64,000 bases of DNA from assembly GCA_036172245.1 (NCBI GenBank), contig JAYWIR010000002.1, forward strand, positions 5,580,001-5,644,000, in the 5' to 3' direction. This document shows positions 50,005 through 63,735 of the stretch, in pieces (position 1 is the stretch's first letter; each line of letters begins with the position of its first letter). The notes under the pieces were generated by a model, which was given only the letters and a program-made list of their open reading frames with translations, made no database searches and had not been told where the DNA came from. This stretch comes from Raillietiella orientalis. Its lineage: Eukaryota. The translations under genes and the position numbers were made by a program.

Positions 50005-51460
50005 TTATCCCGTCGCGCCCCCATATACGTCCACGAAGTCTTGGATTTGATGAGCACCCCAAACTGTCAACATTGCTCGATTGGTTTCAAGAAGCGGTTT
50101 GAGCCTCTGACTGATGATGATCTCAAAGGCTGTTGCAAAAGACACCAGAACAAAGCGAATTTTTGAACGGATGTTTACTCCGTACCACTCGAGTGGAAGT
50201 TGCTGGTGTTTGCACTGTAACGAGAAAACCAGGATAATCCAGGGTAATCCGTGGGTGCTGTAATCCGGACCGGTTTTGAACGTGCCCACACCACAATTTG
50301 GAATCTCATCTTTAGTTCTGGTGCATTTGTAGAAAAACTTTGGAGTTCTAGTGTTGTCAGTGACATTAGGCGACTGTTCCCTGAAGACTTGGCATCCCTT
50401 CTTGAAGACCGGTGCAAAGAGACCAGGAGGAGTGGAGTCCTTCAGTGAACAAATAGGAGGAAGTTCTTGTATTTTCCATATGGAGAGGAAGAATTCTCTC
50501 CTCCATCTAGAGAGGAAGAATTGGCTTGAGTCCACTTTTTTCCTTTCCACTTTCAGAGAGATCGACTCCAGGTTGTGGATGGGGCGTATCAGGATTGCGT
50601 CTGTCCGCATTGTGCAGGCCCAGGTGTCCACTACTTAGAACTGATGTGTATTGTAGTTTGAGGGATGGCAGGAGATTCAAGGGTGTTCCACAGAACGGCA
50701 ATCTTTCTCGGGGGAAATCCAAGCGTCTTCGGGTTGCGGTTGCGAGGCAACAGGGAAGCCAATCCCTGGCATCCGACCGAGGGCCTGAGGATGTCTCTCG
50801 CTAGAAGGCAGGCACCAATGCTTCATTGCATTTTCATTGAATAAAGCAAACTTTTTCAGTAGGACTTGCATCTCCATCCTTTCCAGCGTTAGGAAGCCAA
50901 AGACGACACCCCTTCTCGTGGAGAAGACGTCTTTCGGCCACACCTTCGGTCTAGCGGTGCCCTACAATGCCTACCGAGGCATACTACGTCAGGAATCTGT
51001 GGGAGGGTTGAAATAAAGAAAACAGGTTCAGAGAGCGGGCAACGCAGACATTCCAAATTGAGGCCATTCCGGCAAGACGAGACTGCCATAGAAACGGGAA
51101 TAGCGCCCTTTGTGCTTTCTAGAAGAAGCTGGACCCGACATCTGCGGTCCAGAAGTCTCCTAGGATCACACCAAAACATTTCCCATGGAAACGACCTTGG
51201 TCCTGTTCACGCTGCTGCCAGCTCACCGGCGTGTCATCTCGTGGAAACCCTCAAGAGACGCCACCGGGGTCCACATAAGTAGTGAAAGAGCGACTTCGTC
51301 CGCGTAAGCTGACACGGTCGGAGTACAAGGACAGGAAGATGGCAGAAAAGTCGGTGTTTTCTGAAACTTGTTCAGTAAAAACTCGAGAAAAGTACTAAAA
51401 GGGTAAGTATTTGACGAAACTGGATCAGCAAATCCTTTCGGCCCATCCTCCGGCACACGG
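50005..51460 (-). mobile_element. Decayed L1/Tx1-like reverse transcriptase fragments
   Basis: FLEFLLNK...TVSAYADEV (YADD-like motif near 51300); RRGVVFGFLTL (resembles GGLG); IISQRLKPLL near 50100. Heavily frameshifted. Confidence 0.55.
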
Positions 51461-51469
51461 CCTCCGTGC

Positions 51470-52200
51470 ACGTGGCTGCGTGGACGAGAATCAACGGCAC
51501 GCGCTTGAAAGAAACGCGATGTCATCAGTACTCCAATTACTATCGCTGCTCGTTGAAAGGGATCATGGAACGCCCCAGGAAGATCCCATGGGTCCAAGGA
51601 ATCCTTCTTGCTGCGATGCTGCCCACCCTTCGAGGGAACAGTGACAGTGACGGCATGACAAGTTGGAGGTGTCCTGTGACATCTCAGGACGGAAAGACCA
51701 GCTGCGTTATTGGACAGCACGTCAGCTGGCACATGCTTCCAAAGAACATGCTCTTTCCCGGAAGTAGCAGGATACGGCATTGCAAGTGGTGCATTGGTAA
51801 GTACCATGCCACACTGGGACTGGACCAGGGGAAGCGTGTCCCCGCATCGTGATAGGTGCGGCTGCGAAAGGGAAACCTTCCCACACCTGATTTTCGAGTG
51901 TGCTGCCCTGCGGAGTGTTTGGCAATGTTTGGAAGTGTTCCTATACTCAGTGAGACACGAAGCGAGCAGAGTGCTGAGAGACTTCCTCACTCTCGGAGGA
52001 ATGTCGCCTGCAGCGTCGCTGCAGGAGATTTTCCAGTATGACCTATATCCACAATTTCCAACAGTTGTGTCTTGTGCAAACACATTCGAAATACGTGGTG
52101 TTTTCCAACACCTGTTTTGAAGCAGAAATGCCGAAAGCGCCCTTTCGAAACAAAGTATCACCAAACCATCGCTGAACATTTCTTTAGGATCAACGAGGTA
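51470..52200 (+). mobile_element. L1/Tx1-like ORF2 C-terminal zinc-finger fragment
   Basis: RCGCERETFPHLIFECAALRSVWQ matches the C..C...ET..H....C......W motif of non-LTR ORF2 C-termini. Confidence 0.7.
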
Positions 52201-52532
52201 GCATTAAGAAAAACAGAAGCGAGAATAGATGAAGGTGCAGCGGATGCGTCATCATTTCACTTCCAAAAGCATCCTGTATTCCTCTTCGGAGGGTGAAACA
52301 ACTAGGGAGGTTCCTAGAACACAATTGGGCACATTTCAGAACTTCTCACTGCATCTGTCGCCAGCATTATCGCAATCATTGCACCGTTCACTCTTTTTGA
52401 AAATTTTGTGCACGTGGATTCTGAATCCTCGTTACCCGGACTGTGCGTGTTCATTCGGTCCATTCTTCGGCAAATCGAAAATCTAGGACGGAAAGCAGGG
52501 AGCCCATTCATGACAGCGCCATTAAGGAAAGG

Positions 52533-54735
52533 TCAGTACTGCGGAAGCATTGCTCCATGCGTATCCTCGATCCGTTTACGATCACGCGCCTGTGCCGTTT
52601 GGCGTTCCTTCGCAATTTCTTTCATGGACTCATTGAGCCACTGGCGCAGTTCAGATGCCGCTCTTTCGTGACAGCACTCCGGAACGCGCGTTGGAAGGTA
52701 GCTGTATTCTCTATTGCTTCGGGTCACGGCTCGAATTGGGTGAAGCGCGAATACGCGAGCACGCACACCCGACACGATTCCACAGAAAACATCAAATCTC
52801 AATACGATAATCGGAGTGTTCTCGGCGTTCCGTGTTTTGACTCGTCTAGTTCCAGAATGCACTGCATTTCTCCGGAAAAGAGCACAAAGATGCAGTGGAA
52901 CCAAAAACAAAACGAACCTCTAAAAATGCAAGGCCACAAAATGACTCCAAGAAGAATGGTCAACGAAAGAAGTCCAAAAAGAATAAGGATGATCTTCGTG
53001 AGCGTATCCAAACCTGGAAAATACAATATTTAAGCGATGAGCTTCCGAAATATCCTGAAACTGCGTCAAGAGCGTTTCCTCAATTAGATGCGCAAATGAT
53101 TTTGAGAGATTGGAGACGGAATCATGAGGGTGTTCCTGAGTTGTTTTACTCACTCCATTTTCTAGTTTCACAGAAGGATCCTTTGTATTCCGCAGGACAG
53201 CTACAATTTACTCCACTCTTAAACTTCGCTTCGCATTTCCCCCCGTTCATACACGGACATCCTAAGGCAGAAAGACACATAAGAGCCCCTTGGCATCGAG
53301 AAGCATTCGAAGTATGGCACACTCTCGGTTTTTCTTTTTTATCGTGGGACAAGTTAGCATCCGTGTTGGTCACTTGGCAAACGCACGCTTTCTACAAAAC
53401 CCCAAACGTGGGAACAGTTTCCCTTTTTCAAGCTGGATCAACTGTTCCAGTTATTCGCTGTCCATGAAATCTACAGTCCAATGACGTCCAGGTTTCCATC
53501 TTGTGATGTGAACAGCAACTGACGAATGCAAGGGTGGAACTTACTGCATAGCAAGAATCCTGTTCTTTCAGCCTTCAAGCAGTAATGTTGGCACTCCGAT
53601 GTGTTCGTGCATCCACAGCCATCTGGATAAGGCGCTCGATGGCACTGAACTAGGAGCAAGTACCGTTTACTACTTTGAAATCCTCTTTCGAGGTAGATGC
53701 AAGCTACAGAAGAAATCATTACCGCACTTTTTGAAACCTGTTGCAAACACCAGCAAACAGGAACGGCTGGCGCACTGGTCGTTCGTCGTGCAAGCGCAAC
53801 CATCGGGTAGATGCAATCCCAAGCACAGACCTGATTTCAATAGGCAAAAAAAAAGGTGAAAGCATCCACTATTTTCGCAAATGCTGTCGACAAAATTCTC
53901 TCAAAAGGAACTTCAACTCGCTTAGCACATGAAAGATAAGGAATCGCCAGCGACGCCCTTGCATGAATTGCGTTGGGCTTGCAGCAGCACCCTTCGAGTG
54001 CTTCCAAACTTTGTACCAAATGATTTATTTTTGCGTCTTTACGATGAATGCATGGACACCCCTGATTTTCAGTGCTTCTCCTTTCGAAAAGATAAGGTGC
54101 CGACTGCAATCCGCAACAGTGCCGTCATTCTTAGATGCACGACCAAAGTCTTCGTCCAGGTCTGCCACGCACACGAATGACAGTAGCGGCGCTATGAAGG
54201 AGCTACGAAATTTCGGAAGTGCGCCGACGGCGGAGGGTACAGAGGGAAGACTGGGTGCGTTTCTTTCGGCTCTACGAGCGAAGCATCACTTTCGACAGAT
54301 GATTTTTGGAGGACGTGCAATGGGAGCGGGTAAGAAAGCAACAAGCGCGAGTTTACTTACTCGGATCACATAGTCCTTTGATGCAGTGATGGAAGCAGTC
54401 GCCATCGTCTTCGCAGGGACATCCTGTAGGTTTCGGAATAACAGTGCAGTCCTCTGCAAATCGTTACATTACTGAAGTTTATCCGTTCGAATTTTTTCTT
54501 CTTATATGAAACACGAGACTTCTACTTTTCGTCACACCCACAAGATCTTATTCTGACAGCGGGTTCGATTCACAAGGCAGCTTCCGTCATCTCTTTCCTG
54601 TTCACTCTTTTGCCTGCCATTATCTGGACGCTGACGCGGTGATTCTGAGCTTATGAACTGGGCCTCACGCTCTCTTTTGAACCCTTGTCTGCCACTTACA
54701 GAAGCAAGCACGAATAATTGATGATAATTAATGGC
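52533..54735 (-). CDS. Cys-module + EGF + single transmembrane helix + cytoplasmic tail protein (a separate gene, or the 3' part of the upstream array)
   Basis: Modules CTVIPKPTGCPCEDDGDCFHHCIKGLC and CHRAPYPDGCGCTNTSECQHYCLK; EGF exon 53261-53154 CPCMNGGKCEAKFKSGVNCSCPAEYKGSFCE; TM exon 53013-52918 IILILFGLLSLTILLGVILWPCIF; charged tail ending at the stop at 52533. Confidence 0.72.
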
Positions 54736-56259
54736 TAGGTGAGAAAAGGAAGCACTTTTTCCGAGAAGGAAACTAACTGAAGTTTCAGACTTTCATCGTT
54801 CACTTCCCTTCAGAGAACGAGAAATGCTATCTGGCATGCCACATTTCTGATGCAAAATTATCGTCGCATTTGATCTTTCATCAGGCATCTACATAATGAC
54901 ACGTTCCTCCTAAATTAGCTGTGGTTTCTTTATCAACAAATCTTTTGACAATGCAGTTTTGCTCGTTTGCGGAAAGCATCCATCAGTCTATGAGAAAATC
55001 ACATGAATCGAGGTGAGAGGAACACGTTTTTCCAAGAAACAGTGTAATCCAAGGTGAGTCGACAAATAAATCTTCATTTTGAGAAATGCCGATGTGTGTG
55101 CAGACGAATGAGAGAAAGCGGTTCATTTGGGGCAGAAAGACCATCTTTTGGATACATCTCTTCCAGAACACTTAGGGGTACATTTCTTAAGGGTCTTCTT
55201 ATCTTTACTTAAAGCATATTCTCTGGGAAGAAGAGCAATTTTTTATTCCTGTGACTTCCTGGGAACGCCTGCATCTACATAAGCACTGCCCACAATCCTC
55301 CTCTTTTGTTCTCCAACTAGACTTCATTCAATAGGGATCATTGGCTAGAAGACAATAGTCCTCTCAGATGGAACATCAAGAACAAAAGAATTCTTTTTTG
55401 CTTCTTCCTATAAATCATCAATGAGGTTTGCTGTCTCTTAAGAGGGACTTCGTTTCCCAGCTTGTTTAAGTGAATTGTTCCGTGGCAGAAGGCACCCTAG
55501 ATTCACTTGCAGATGGTACTTCTTTCATTAAAAGAGATATTTTCTCAGTAGCAGCAGTTCTCATGTCAGGAAGAACCACTACTCAAATCAATCCTCTTAC
55601 TGAATGTTTTCTACTACATTGGTCCATAGGGAGAGATGCTTACTTTTTTGGCACGTCAAACTCATAGATTTCCTTTGACTCTCCTATGGTGTTGATTTCA
55701 CAAATCTTATGGAACATTGGCAAATTTCATTCTGACTGGCACAACAGAAAATGTCGCTTCCTGATCAACCACCGGCAGTATCGAGTTTGGCATGAGTAAA
55801 AAAAAACGGCATCAAATTGACAAGTGGAACAACTATTTCGCTAGGCCTGTTTTAAAGATGAAGGTTCCACTAATGTTCAGAAGATAGGACTGAGTCCAGA
55901 ATTTGCTTGTGATCACCAAGAAGCCGAAACTGCAGAGAAGCGTAACGAAACCGGAAGGAGAGTATCGAGCAAGACCTGCGGAAACCTGTGTACGATGTAC
56001 AATCATCATGACTGAAAGCACAGCTTTACACCAATACAAAAACGGAGAAGTCAAAAAACTGAATAATTAGTAAAGCATTTGAGATTCCTGTGCTTTTCTT
56101 CAGAGCAACCTCTTTCCCCTCAGATTCGTTCTAGTCTCAAGTGATCGCAGCTGCGGTCTTTCCCGCTTTTCTGCATGCACAGTTTTATGCGAATTCTCGA
56201 TTCTCGACTTTTAAGTGCGAAATGTCTACTTCAGTGCATAGCCAGCCAGATGGGTTTCA

Positions 56260-59200
56260 GTCAAGGCAGAGGATTGCAGGGCCAACTGGTGATCGAGATG
56301 ACACTTTTGAATTTTCCGTTTTCATTCATGGGTTTTTGTACAGTCTGATTCTGCTGGTGACCTGGGTCTTCAGAATAACGTCCATCATAAACTATCAACT
56401 AGGAAAGTCCCACGGGAACGACTCTGTGCCACATAAGGAAACCTGCGAAACGGGCCATGTACACGGTTCACGTCATCTGGCATTACGCACAACTCCCTGA
56501 AGGAAACGTGCCCGAAGCCAGTGACAAAACACACGTGTCATCAAGTCACTGCACACGGATGGAATGGAGAGTGTCTCATTCGCCCGATCATCATAAGCCT
56601 TCGCGGTTTTTCCGTCTGCAGAAACGGTAAATTAATGGTTAACAAACTCCCGGAAATCGTTGATGCCTTCTTTCAACTATAAATCATTAAATCTCTCTCG
56701 TCCAGGAAGAATCCGAGCACAGCAAAGTCCTGACTCCAACTTTAACCGACATACAACTGAGAGAGTCATAATTCGTATATCTTCATGGCCTGGCAATACT
56801 TTTGTTAGATAGTTGAGAGCAGTAACGTTCACAATGACAAAATACGGGATCGCAATTTCGAATTGCACAGGCAGTTCAGAATCGGCAATTTTCGTTGGAA
56901 TTACGACAGTTTGTTTATTTGCTAGCTGCTTCCATATACAAGTAGGCCGTAGAACGCAAAGAGGCGCGAAAAGGCAAGATTTCTGTTCAAGAGATGCGCA
57001 ATTTGGAATAATGACTTTGTAAAACCTCCCCCAGTTCCATCTTAGTTGAACTACTTGGTCAACATTCTCAATCTCACCGCAAGTTCCTGTTGTTTTGTGG
57101 CACTTCATCCACCTGAGGCACTGAATATCTTTAGAGCACGGGCATCCTTCCGGTAAGAGTAGGGCCAAGGAATGTCCGATGTGAAAGCAGTACTCTGAAA
57201 CATCAAACGACAGAATGGCAAATTTTGATGAGAACTCGGGTTTCCTGAGGGACGAATAGCTTCTTTTCGCGGTAGACAGTCGCAAAAAAGGAATGCAAAC
57301 GCGTTCTACCTGCGCAACTGAGGCCTTTCGGAGACTCGCTCGGGACGCATTTTTTGGAGAAGCACTGGTCCGATACGGTGCAAGGGCAACCGCTTGGCCG
57401 CCACTTGTGCTTGGAACATCCAGAGTCTGGAATGCAAGAATGCTCACTTGAACTCTCAAAGTTAAAGAGGAAAGTTTGAATTGCGATCGTAACTGCGGAT
57501 TCACGCCAGACTGCGCGTCCACGGCCACACACAAGTGTGTTTGTGGATGCGCAGCAGTGTGAGTGCTTCGCAAGATGGTGGATTCAAACGCTTTCTTCCC
57601 TCCAGATCATGGAGACACACGTTGAATTCCACTTGAATGAAATCCAAAGAGAATTTTGAAGAATAGTCGGGAAACACGAGCAGCTCCAGGCTCTTTCTCA
57701 GAGTACCTGTACAGCGGCGTCTCCTGCAATGGTGCTTGCAATGTGCATTGGAGGTACAGGGACAACCAGGAGATCGAGGAGCAACATCACAGTTTACTAG
57801 AATAAAAGAACCATTAGCACAAAGAAGGCTGCTTCGCTTCCAAGAGGAGAAAGCGATGAAATGTACGTACCGCAAACTTTTCCCATCTTGTTTCTTCCAC
57901 ATACGTTGCTTTTACAGTCCTTCGGAGACTTGCATTTGCAGGAGGGAGATTTGGATGGCACGTTGCAGTTTGCATCTGCAACATGGCATTTAAATTAATC
58001 TGGAAAGGATGCAGGATTATCGGATTGTTCGTTCCCCCCAGAGTAACAAGGAATCGGTGGCATCGGCCAGCGACAGAGAGCGGAATCACCCTGCATCAAC
58101 CCGTCACATGGAAAACCACGATCCTTGACATTCTAGTGGAAATACAGAGACACTAGAACAAGAAACGTCTTCAAGGTAAAGAGGGAATAAAAAGTTCATC
58201 CGGAGAGGACGCGAAACAGCTAAAAGCTGCGTGAGGATTCATTCACGAAGAATTTTTGCAAGTCTTTTGCAGCCTCCTTCTCAGCATGCAGACTCCTCAG
58301 CACCGCGACTGCGTGATAGCCTCAGTTGGTCAACTCACAGCATGTTCCAAATACTGCTGCTGGTTCGGTTTTCACACAAAATCCAGAGTAGCACTGCTCA
58401 TCTGCCACACAAGAGCAGCCGTCCTGTTTTCTCTTGGAACACTTGGCTGCGGTGGAAAGCGGGAATGAGCCACTTGCAGCGAGTTTCCGAAGCCTTCTGG
58501 CCATCGGCACGTCTACACGTACCTCTTCCTCCGCAACTCAGAGAACCTGTCTCTTCGTTTCTCTCGCAGAGGTTGAAGCATTCTTCTGGGGAGGAGCAGA
58601 CGCACCCATCCGGGTAAGGTGGAGAGCAACCTACGAAGCGCTCGCACTCTCGGCTCGCGACAGCAAGGCTTACCGCATGCCTTCCCGCTGCAAAACTTTT
58701 CTTCGCATTCGCCGGGATGCGTACAGGGACATCCGGGAGGTCTCACATGCTGCTCACAGATTCCTGAACAGGATGCAAGCAAAGAGAGGACAAGGAAACG
58801 CAAATTGAGAACACCGAATGCACGTAGCGGGCACAACCTCCATCGCAAACGTATCCTTTCGAGTGAATTATGCACACAGGGCACTCAGGACTGCAAGGGC
58901 AACCACCGTTTTGGGGGCATGCTGACCACAATACGTTTGTAGAATATGGCAAGGCTGCTTGAATACCTGTGCATTTCTTGAGGTCATTAAGAACCGAGAG
59001 GCAATGTTTGTTTCCGCAGCTCTTTGAGTCGTCGCAAGGACAGCCCTCAGTGTTCCCATGGGAACATTCATCCTCAAAGCCTGAAGGTGCGCTTTCTGAA
59101 CACGCCAATCATGGAAAACGAACTTGCCATACCGCAAATGTTGTTTAAGCACAAAGAGTTCAGGCAGTGACTGGGATGTGCACACCTACATGTGGGTGAT

Positions 59201-62200
59201 TTGGACGCCATCTGTGTACACGTGTCTAATAAGCAACAAGTACGATTGGGAAGCCCTGGAGTTGTACTGACCGTCATCTAGGAAGCAGAGATTGTCAACG
59301 CATTTTAAGCTCAGGCAGGAATCAGGATTGCTGCATGGGCAGAAGGGACTGAAGGGTGTTTTCTTGCAGTCTCCTGAAAATAGAGTTTGAGCTCGTTGAC
59401 TACGCTATCTTGACGTAGCAGGTCAAAGAAAAAGAAATCTGAGGGATTACACTGGCTTGGTTCAAAGACTCTAGCAAGACTCGGCGAAGTTACGATACTG
59501 ATGAGAAACAGATGGCGCGAAGGACTGTAATGCAAACAACTTCTTACCGCAGTAGCTAGAACCTTTGACAGTCACACATTCATGCCGGCATGCTGTTTCC
59601 TTGTTATAGCAAGTGCATCCTGGAGCTCCAGAGAATTTGCAGAGAGTGTCTAAAAGACAAATGATTCAAAGATCTGATTCCCGCTCTGTGAAAAGGCATG
59701 TGCAATGTGAGCCCAAGAGCTCCTGTGCTAGCCCTGCACTTTGCGCGCTCTAATTTCATGGTCCAAGAAGGCATGCAATTCGCACATGGCAAAAGCCGCT
59801 TGATGGATGCATTCGTTTCGGGAGGCTTCTTGTTTTCGCCAGAGTGCCGTTTGGCATTCCCTTACCTGGAGTGCACTTCAGCTCGCTTAGATTGCATACT
59901 CCTTTACACTGTCGAGAGTTACTGCAAGAGCAACCAGGGGCGAAAGGGTGCTTGCAAGTTTCTGAATCTCACATGAACGAACCGGGAGAGGAAAAAGAAA
60001 CCTACGACAGTGACAACCGCTGCAAATCCTTCCCGCGAGGCAGTCACTATTGTCTTCGCAATTGCACGGTCGTCTGTTGCATTCAGAGGAAGCCGCAACT
60101 GTTGGAAGCCAGATTAGTTTGTGGAAAACCATCAAAAGGTAAAAAACATTCAACATTCCAAATGCTACTAGCGTGCTTCTCTGGAAATGCTAGCATGTCA
60201 CGCTAGAATGTCCAGCGTCTCGACACTGGGCCCATACACGAGTCTGAAGCTGACGGTAATTTTTCAGAGCCACAATCAGATTATTGGCCTTTCTCGTGTC
60301 CATGAAAGCAGCAAGTACTCGTCTGTGCTTTCCAACAAGTGAGGTGCACATGGCAGACAACAAGAGAGCTCAACAACAGAAGACTCGATTCGGAAACTGC
60401 AACGGACGGCTACTCGGAAGAAGCGATGCTTTCCAAACTGCAGTCACTTACCGCACTTTGCTTTGTAGCATACTCCGCAAGCACACTGAGAGTGTTCCGA
60501 GCAGTCGCATTCCGGAGGAAATGGAGGATTTGGAGGGCACGTTAAGCGACCTAGGGTATCACATTTTGTTTTTTCCTGGTTTTACATTGAGAAGTTGAGT
60601 GCATTCTTGCACACGACAAGTCCGTGGTGATGAGGAACTTGATCAACCGCCTACATTTCACCGTTACTATATGATTCAAAAGATCAAAGTTATGAGAGAT
60701 ACACATTTTGTTCGTTGCTGATCAACTGCACAAACTAAAAAAAAAAATAGCCTTCCTGTTCCGGCTGTGATTCAGAAACAGTGAACGAACTGAACGCGTG
60801 TTTCTTGTGATCACCGCGCACGTGCATAGGCTCGTCTTTGCAGAAACTTCTTACTCTAAGAGACAAACAAAGATTCGAAAAAAAAAAAAAAAAACAGCAG
60901 GCCGGTAGCTGCTGGCAGTCCGATGGAACAGAAACGGAATCTTGAATGCAGTTGCAAACGTCAGTACTCACTGCATATTCCTTCTACGCATCTCAAAGAT
61001 TTCTTGCAGTCTTCGTGCTTTTCACATTGGCAGTATTCGTCGCGATTCTCTTTACGGCAAATGTCTACAGAAGATCAGTTTCTTCTTCGACTCAAATGAT
61101 AAATGGTTAAAGGGATTTGAAGGGAACGAATATACCCCAGAATGAGTTGAAAGGTTGAAAACAATTCTGTCCTACCACAAATTCCGTCGATACATGTTCC
61201 ACTTGCACACTGGAAGCTGGATTGGCAAGGACAGTGGGGTAACGACACTTTAGCGACGCATGCATCATCTTCAAGGCATAGTCCAACTGCTGAGTTCCTT
61301 TCTAATGACCGTGTCTTACCGCAAACCCCGCTGAAGTCATCGTAGTATCTGCAAATCAGTTTCCCCTCACAACTCGAGGGAACTGCACAAGGGCAGTTTT
61401 TTGGCGCTGGATACACACATTTCACTAAACGGAAAACTCATTTGCTTAATGCTTCTGATGGGTAGATGGAATAATACCGCATGGGCAGCCAACTTCACAG
61501 CGCTTGGGATGGGGACAGAGGCAAGTGCTTCCTGTCGATTTGCACACAGCAGATGGAACTTGCAAAACGACCATCACAACAGTCGAACGAGAAAGGACAA
61601 ATGAATCCGCTCGAAAAGTCGCACCATCGAGTTAAGCGGCAAGAAATATTCAAGAACGCAAAAGTGAACGGAAATTTGGGTCATGCTGTTGAATAAATAC
61701 TGAATAAATGAGCAAACATGGGGAGGTTTCGAGTGATTCAACGAAAAAAGAGGAAGGATGAACGTAGTTTCAAAACATGAGTTTATCGGAACTGATTGCG
61801 CACAATTCAATGATCCGAAATGCGAAGGTGTTTCAGTGGACCGGGACGAGAAGGATCAGTGGCAAAATGAAGATCCCATCGTCCGTGTTGTCTGACGCTA
61901 CTGGAACCTGATGCTACGAAACCTATTCTTGCAGGTGGACGGTTGAAACATACTGTATATCTATCTATAGACGAACCCACGAGTATCTACGAGAAATACG
62001 CACGAATCCGTCAAGGCCCATTCTGACTATGGAATCTCTGTTTCCCCAGAGTGCCATTTGCTTGCAAGGCGTAAATTGATCTCGAGCGATATGCTATCAA
62101 AAGAATACTCACCACATATTCCTTTCGTACGAGTCCTTACACAGGAGTAACCTAGAGGACAAGATCCACCTGACTGAAGACGCTTTCCAGTGCTGCAGTA

Positions 62201-62870
62201 GTAAACTAGAAAGAACAGCGCGCGGTGTTCAGTTCCCATGAATCTGAGTTCACGAGTGTTTTCAAGTCTCGGATCAAGGAGATGCACTGATATGCTTTCA
62301 TTTCTGCGCACAAAAACCGTCGATTCTAACTGACGGCCGTTCCGAAGGGCTTTAGCAAACTCAGCGAAAACGCGGGCAACTTGCGCTATGAATTCGAAAG
62401 AGAAAAGCCTGCACTCGACGGAGCCGGTAAACTGGATGACTTTATGAATCACTCAAAGAATCTGCCACTTTCTTTTAGTCGGATTCCAGTCACATATTGG
62501 GATCGAGTCCCTCGTGTTTTCTCGGTTGCTTTGGAAATAACAAGTTGCCGAGATTGCAGATTCATCCCCATTCAGCGATCACTTTTCACGAAGGCATTCA
62601 TATGAGAAGAAGCAATATTTAAATTCAGTGAAGTAATCATCTTACTGCATGCTGCTGCCACTGAATCACATCTTCCTTCGCAATCATCAGGAACTGCACA
62701 GGCACAGTTCATTCCTCCTACTTCTTTGGTGCAGGGAGCTAGCAAAGGAATGCATCGTTGAAAAGACAATTTGCGATACCCTGCACCTTCCAGTCATACT
62801 TTGCAAACAGATTTACTTGGTCTTGTGCACTTAAGAGTGACGCCATTCAATGCTTGGCGTCTACCTAAAA
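56260..62870 (-). CDS. Multi-exon cysteine-rich repeat protein (about 20 small Cys-module exons); both ends uncertain
   Basis: GT-AG-bounded phase 1-1 exons, e.g. 61424-61320, 61064-60972, 60550-60452, 58763-58674, each encoding C-x(6-9)-C-x-C-x5-C-x(3-5)-C-x(4-11)-C. Confidence 0.75.
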
Positions 62871-63329
62871 CCTTCTGGGATAAAGCTGCTTCTTTCTCCA
62901 CAGCATCCTATTCGAATGTTTCGAAAACTGATCTTTCCTTTTCTAAGGCAATTCTCAATTTCTATATTTTCGACGGTTACAACACCATTCATTGCCCATC
63001 ACACCAACAGGATCTCACAATGAGAACACTGCGTCGTTTTCCGGGCCTCGATGGAATCTTTTCTAGTGCCCCTTGACTGCAGACCACCAGTTGACAAGTC
63101 GTCACGGAAAGACACAAATGGAATGCGCGAAAAGAAAAAATGAATTATGCTCCAAAGGAGGCAAAAGGTTTCTGGATTCAGCCCTAGTTCTCTTCAGAAA
63201 ATCGTTCATTAGCTGGGCCTGGGAACAAGGATCATACATGGACGACATAGTGAACACGGAAAGTCATCAAGAAACGTCTCCATCTTCCAGAGAGATCACG
63301 CAACGAATACTAATGTGGCGACCGCTTTA

Positions 63330-63600
63330 AGGGTTTTTTGAGACATGACAGTCCATCTGACGTTCTTGTCATCGACAGGTGCTTCGAGCTTTTTCCGTCT
63401 CCCGACCCCGCAGTCTTGGACCTTGCTCGGACACTCCGCGCTTCGTAGGTTCCAAAAGAACGATTGCTTTATCAAGCGGCGTACAGGAAGGTTCATGAGG
63501 TTTCCGGCCATGTCCCCGGACATGACCGGAAAGTTTGCCCGTCCGAGTGGTGGATGTTCGCCGTTTGTGGACAAAGAGCCGTGAGCCATGCTAGACTCTA
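63330..63600 (-). mobile_element. Possible LTR-retrotransposon integrase zinc-finger remnant
   Basis: RRLIKQSFFW...SKVQDCGVGRRKK resembles the R..FW....V..C..C.R segment of Gypsy/BEL integrases; degenerate. Confidence 0.3.
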
Positions 63601-63634
63601 AACACAGTAGTGCTCGATACAGCTGAACGTGCAC

Positions 63635-63735
63635 GATGGATTGAAATCAGCTTGGTATGGTACGGTGTATTAGGATGATATGGTATTCAGCTTGGTATTG
63701 ATGGATGTATTGATGGGAGTATTGGTATGGTGTCT
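63635..63735. repeat. G/T-rich low-complexity repeat
   Basis: tcagcttggtat at 63647 and 63687; repeated ggtat/gtatt/gatgg units. Confidence 0.6.
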
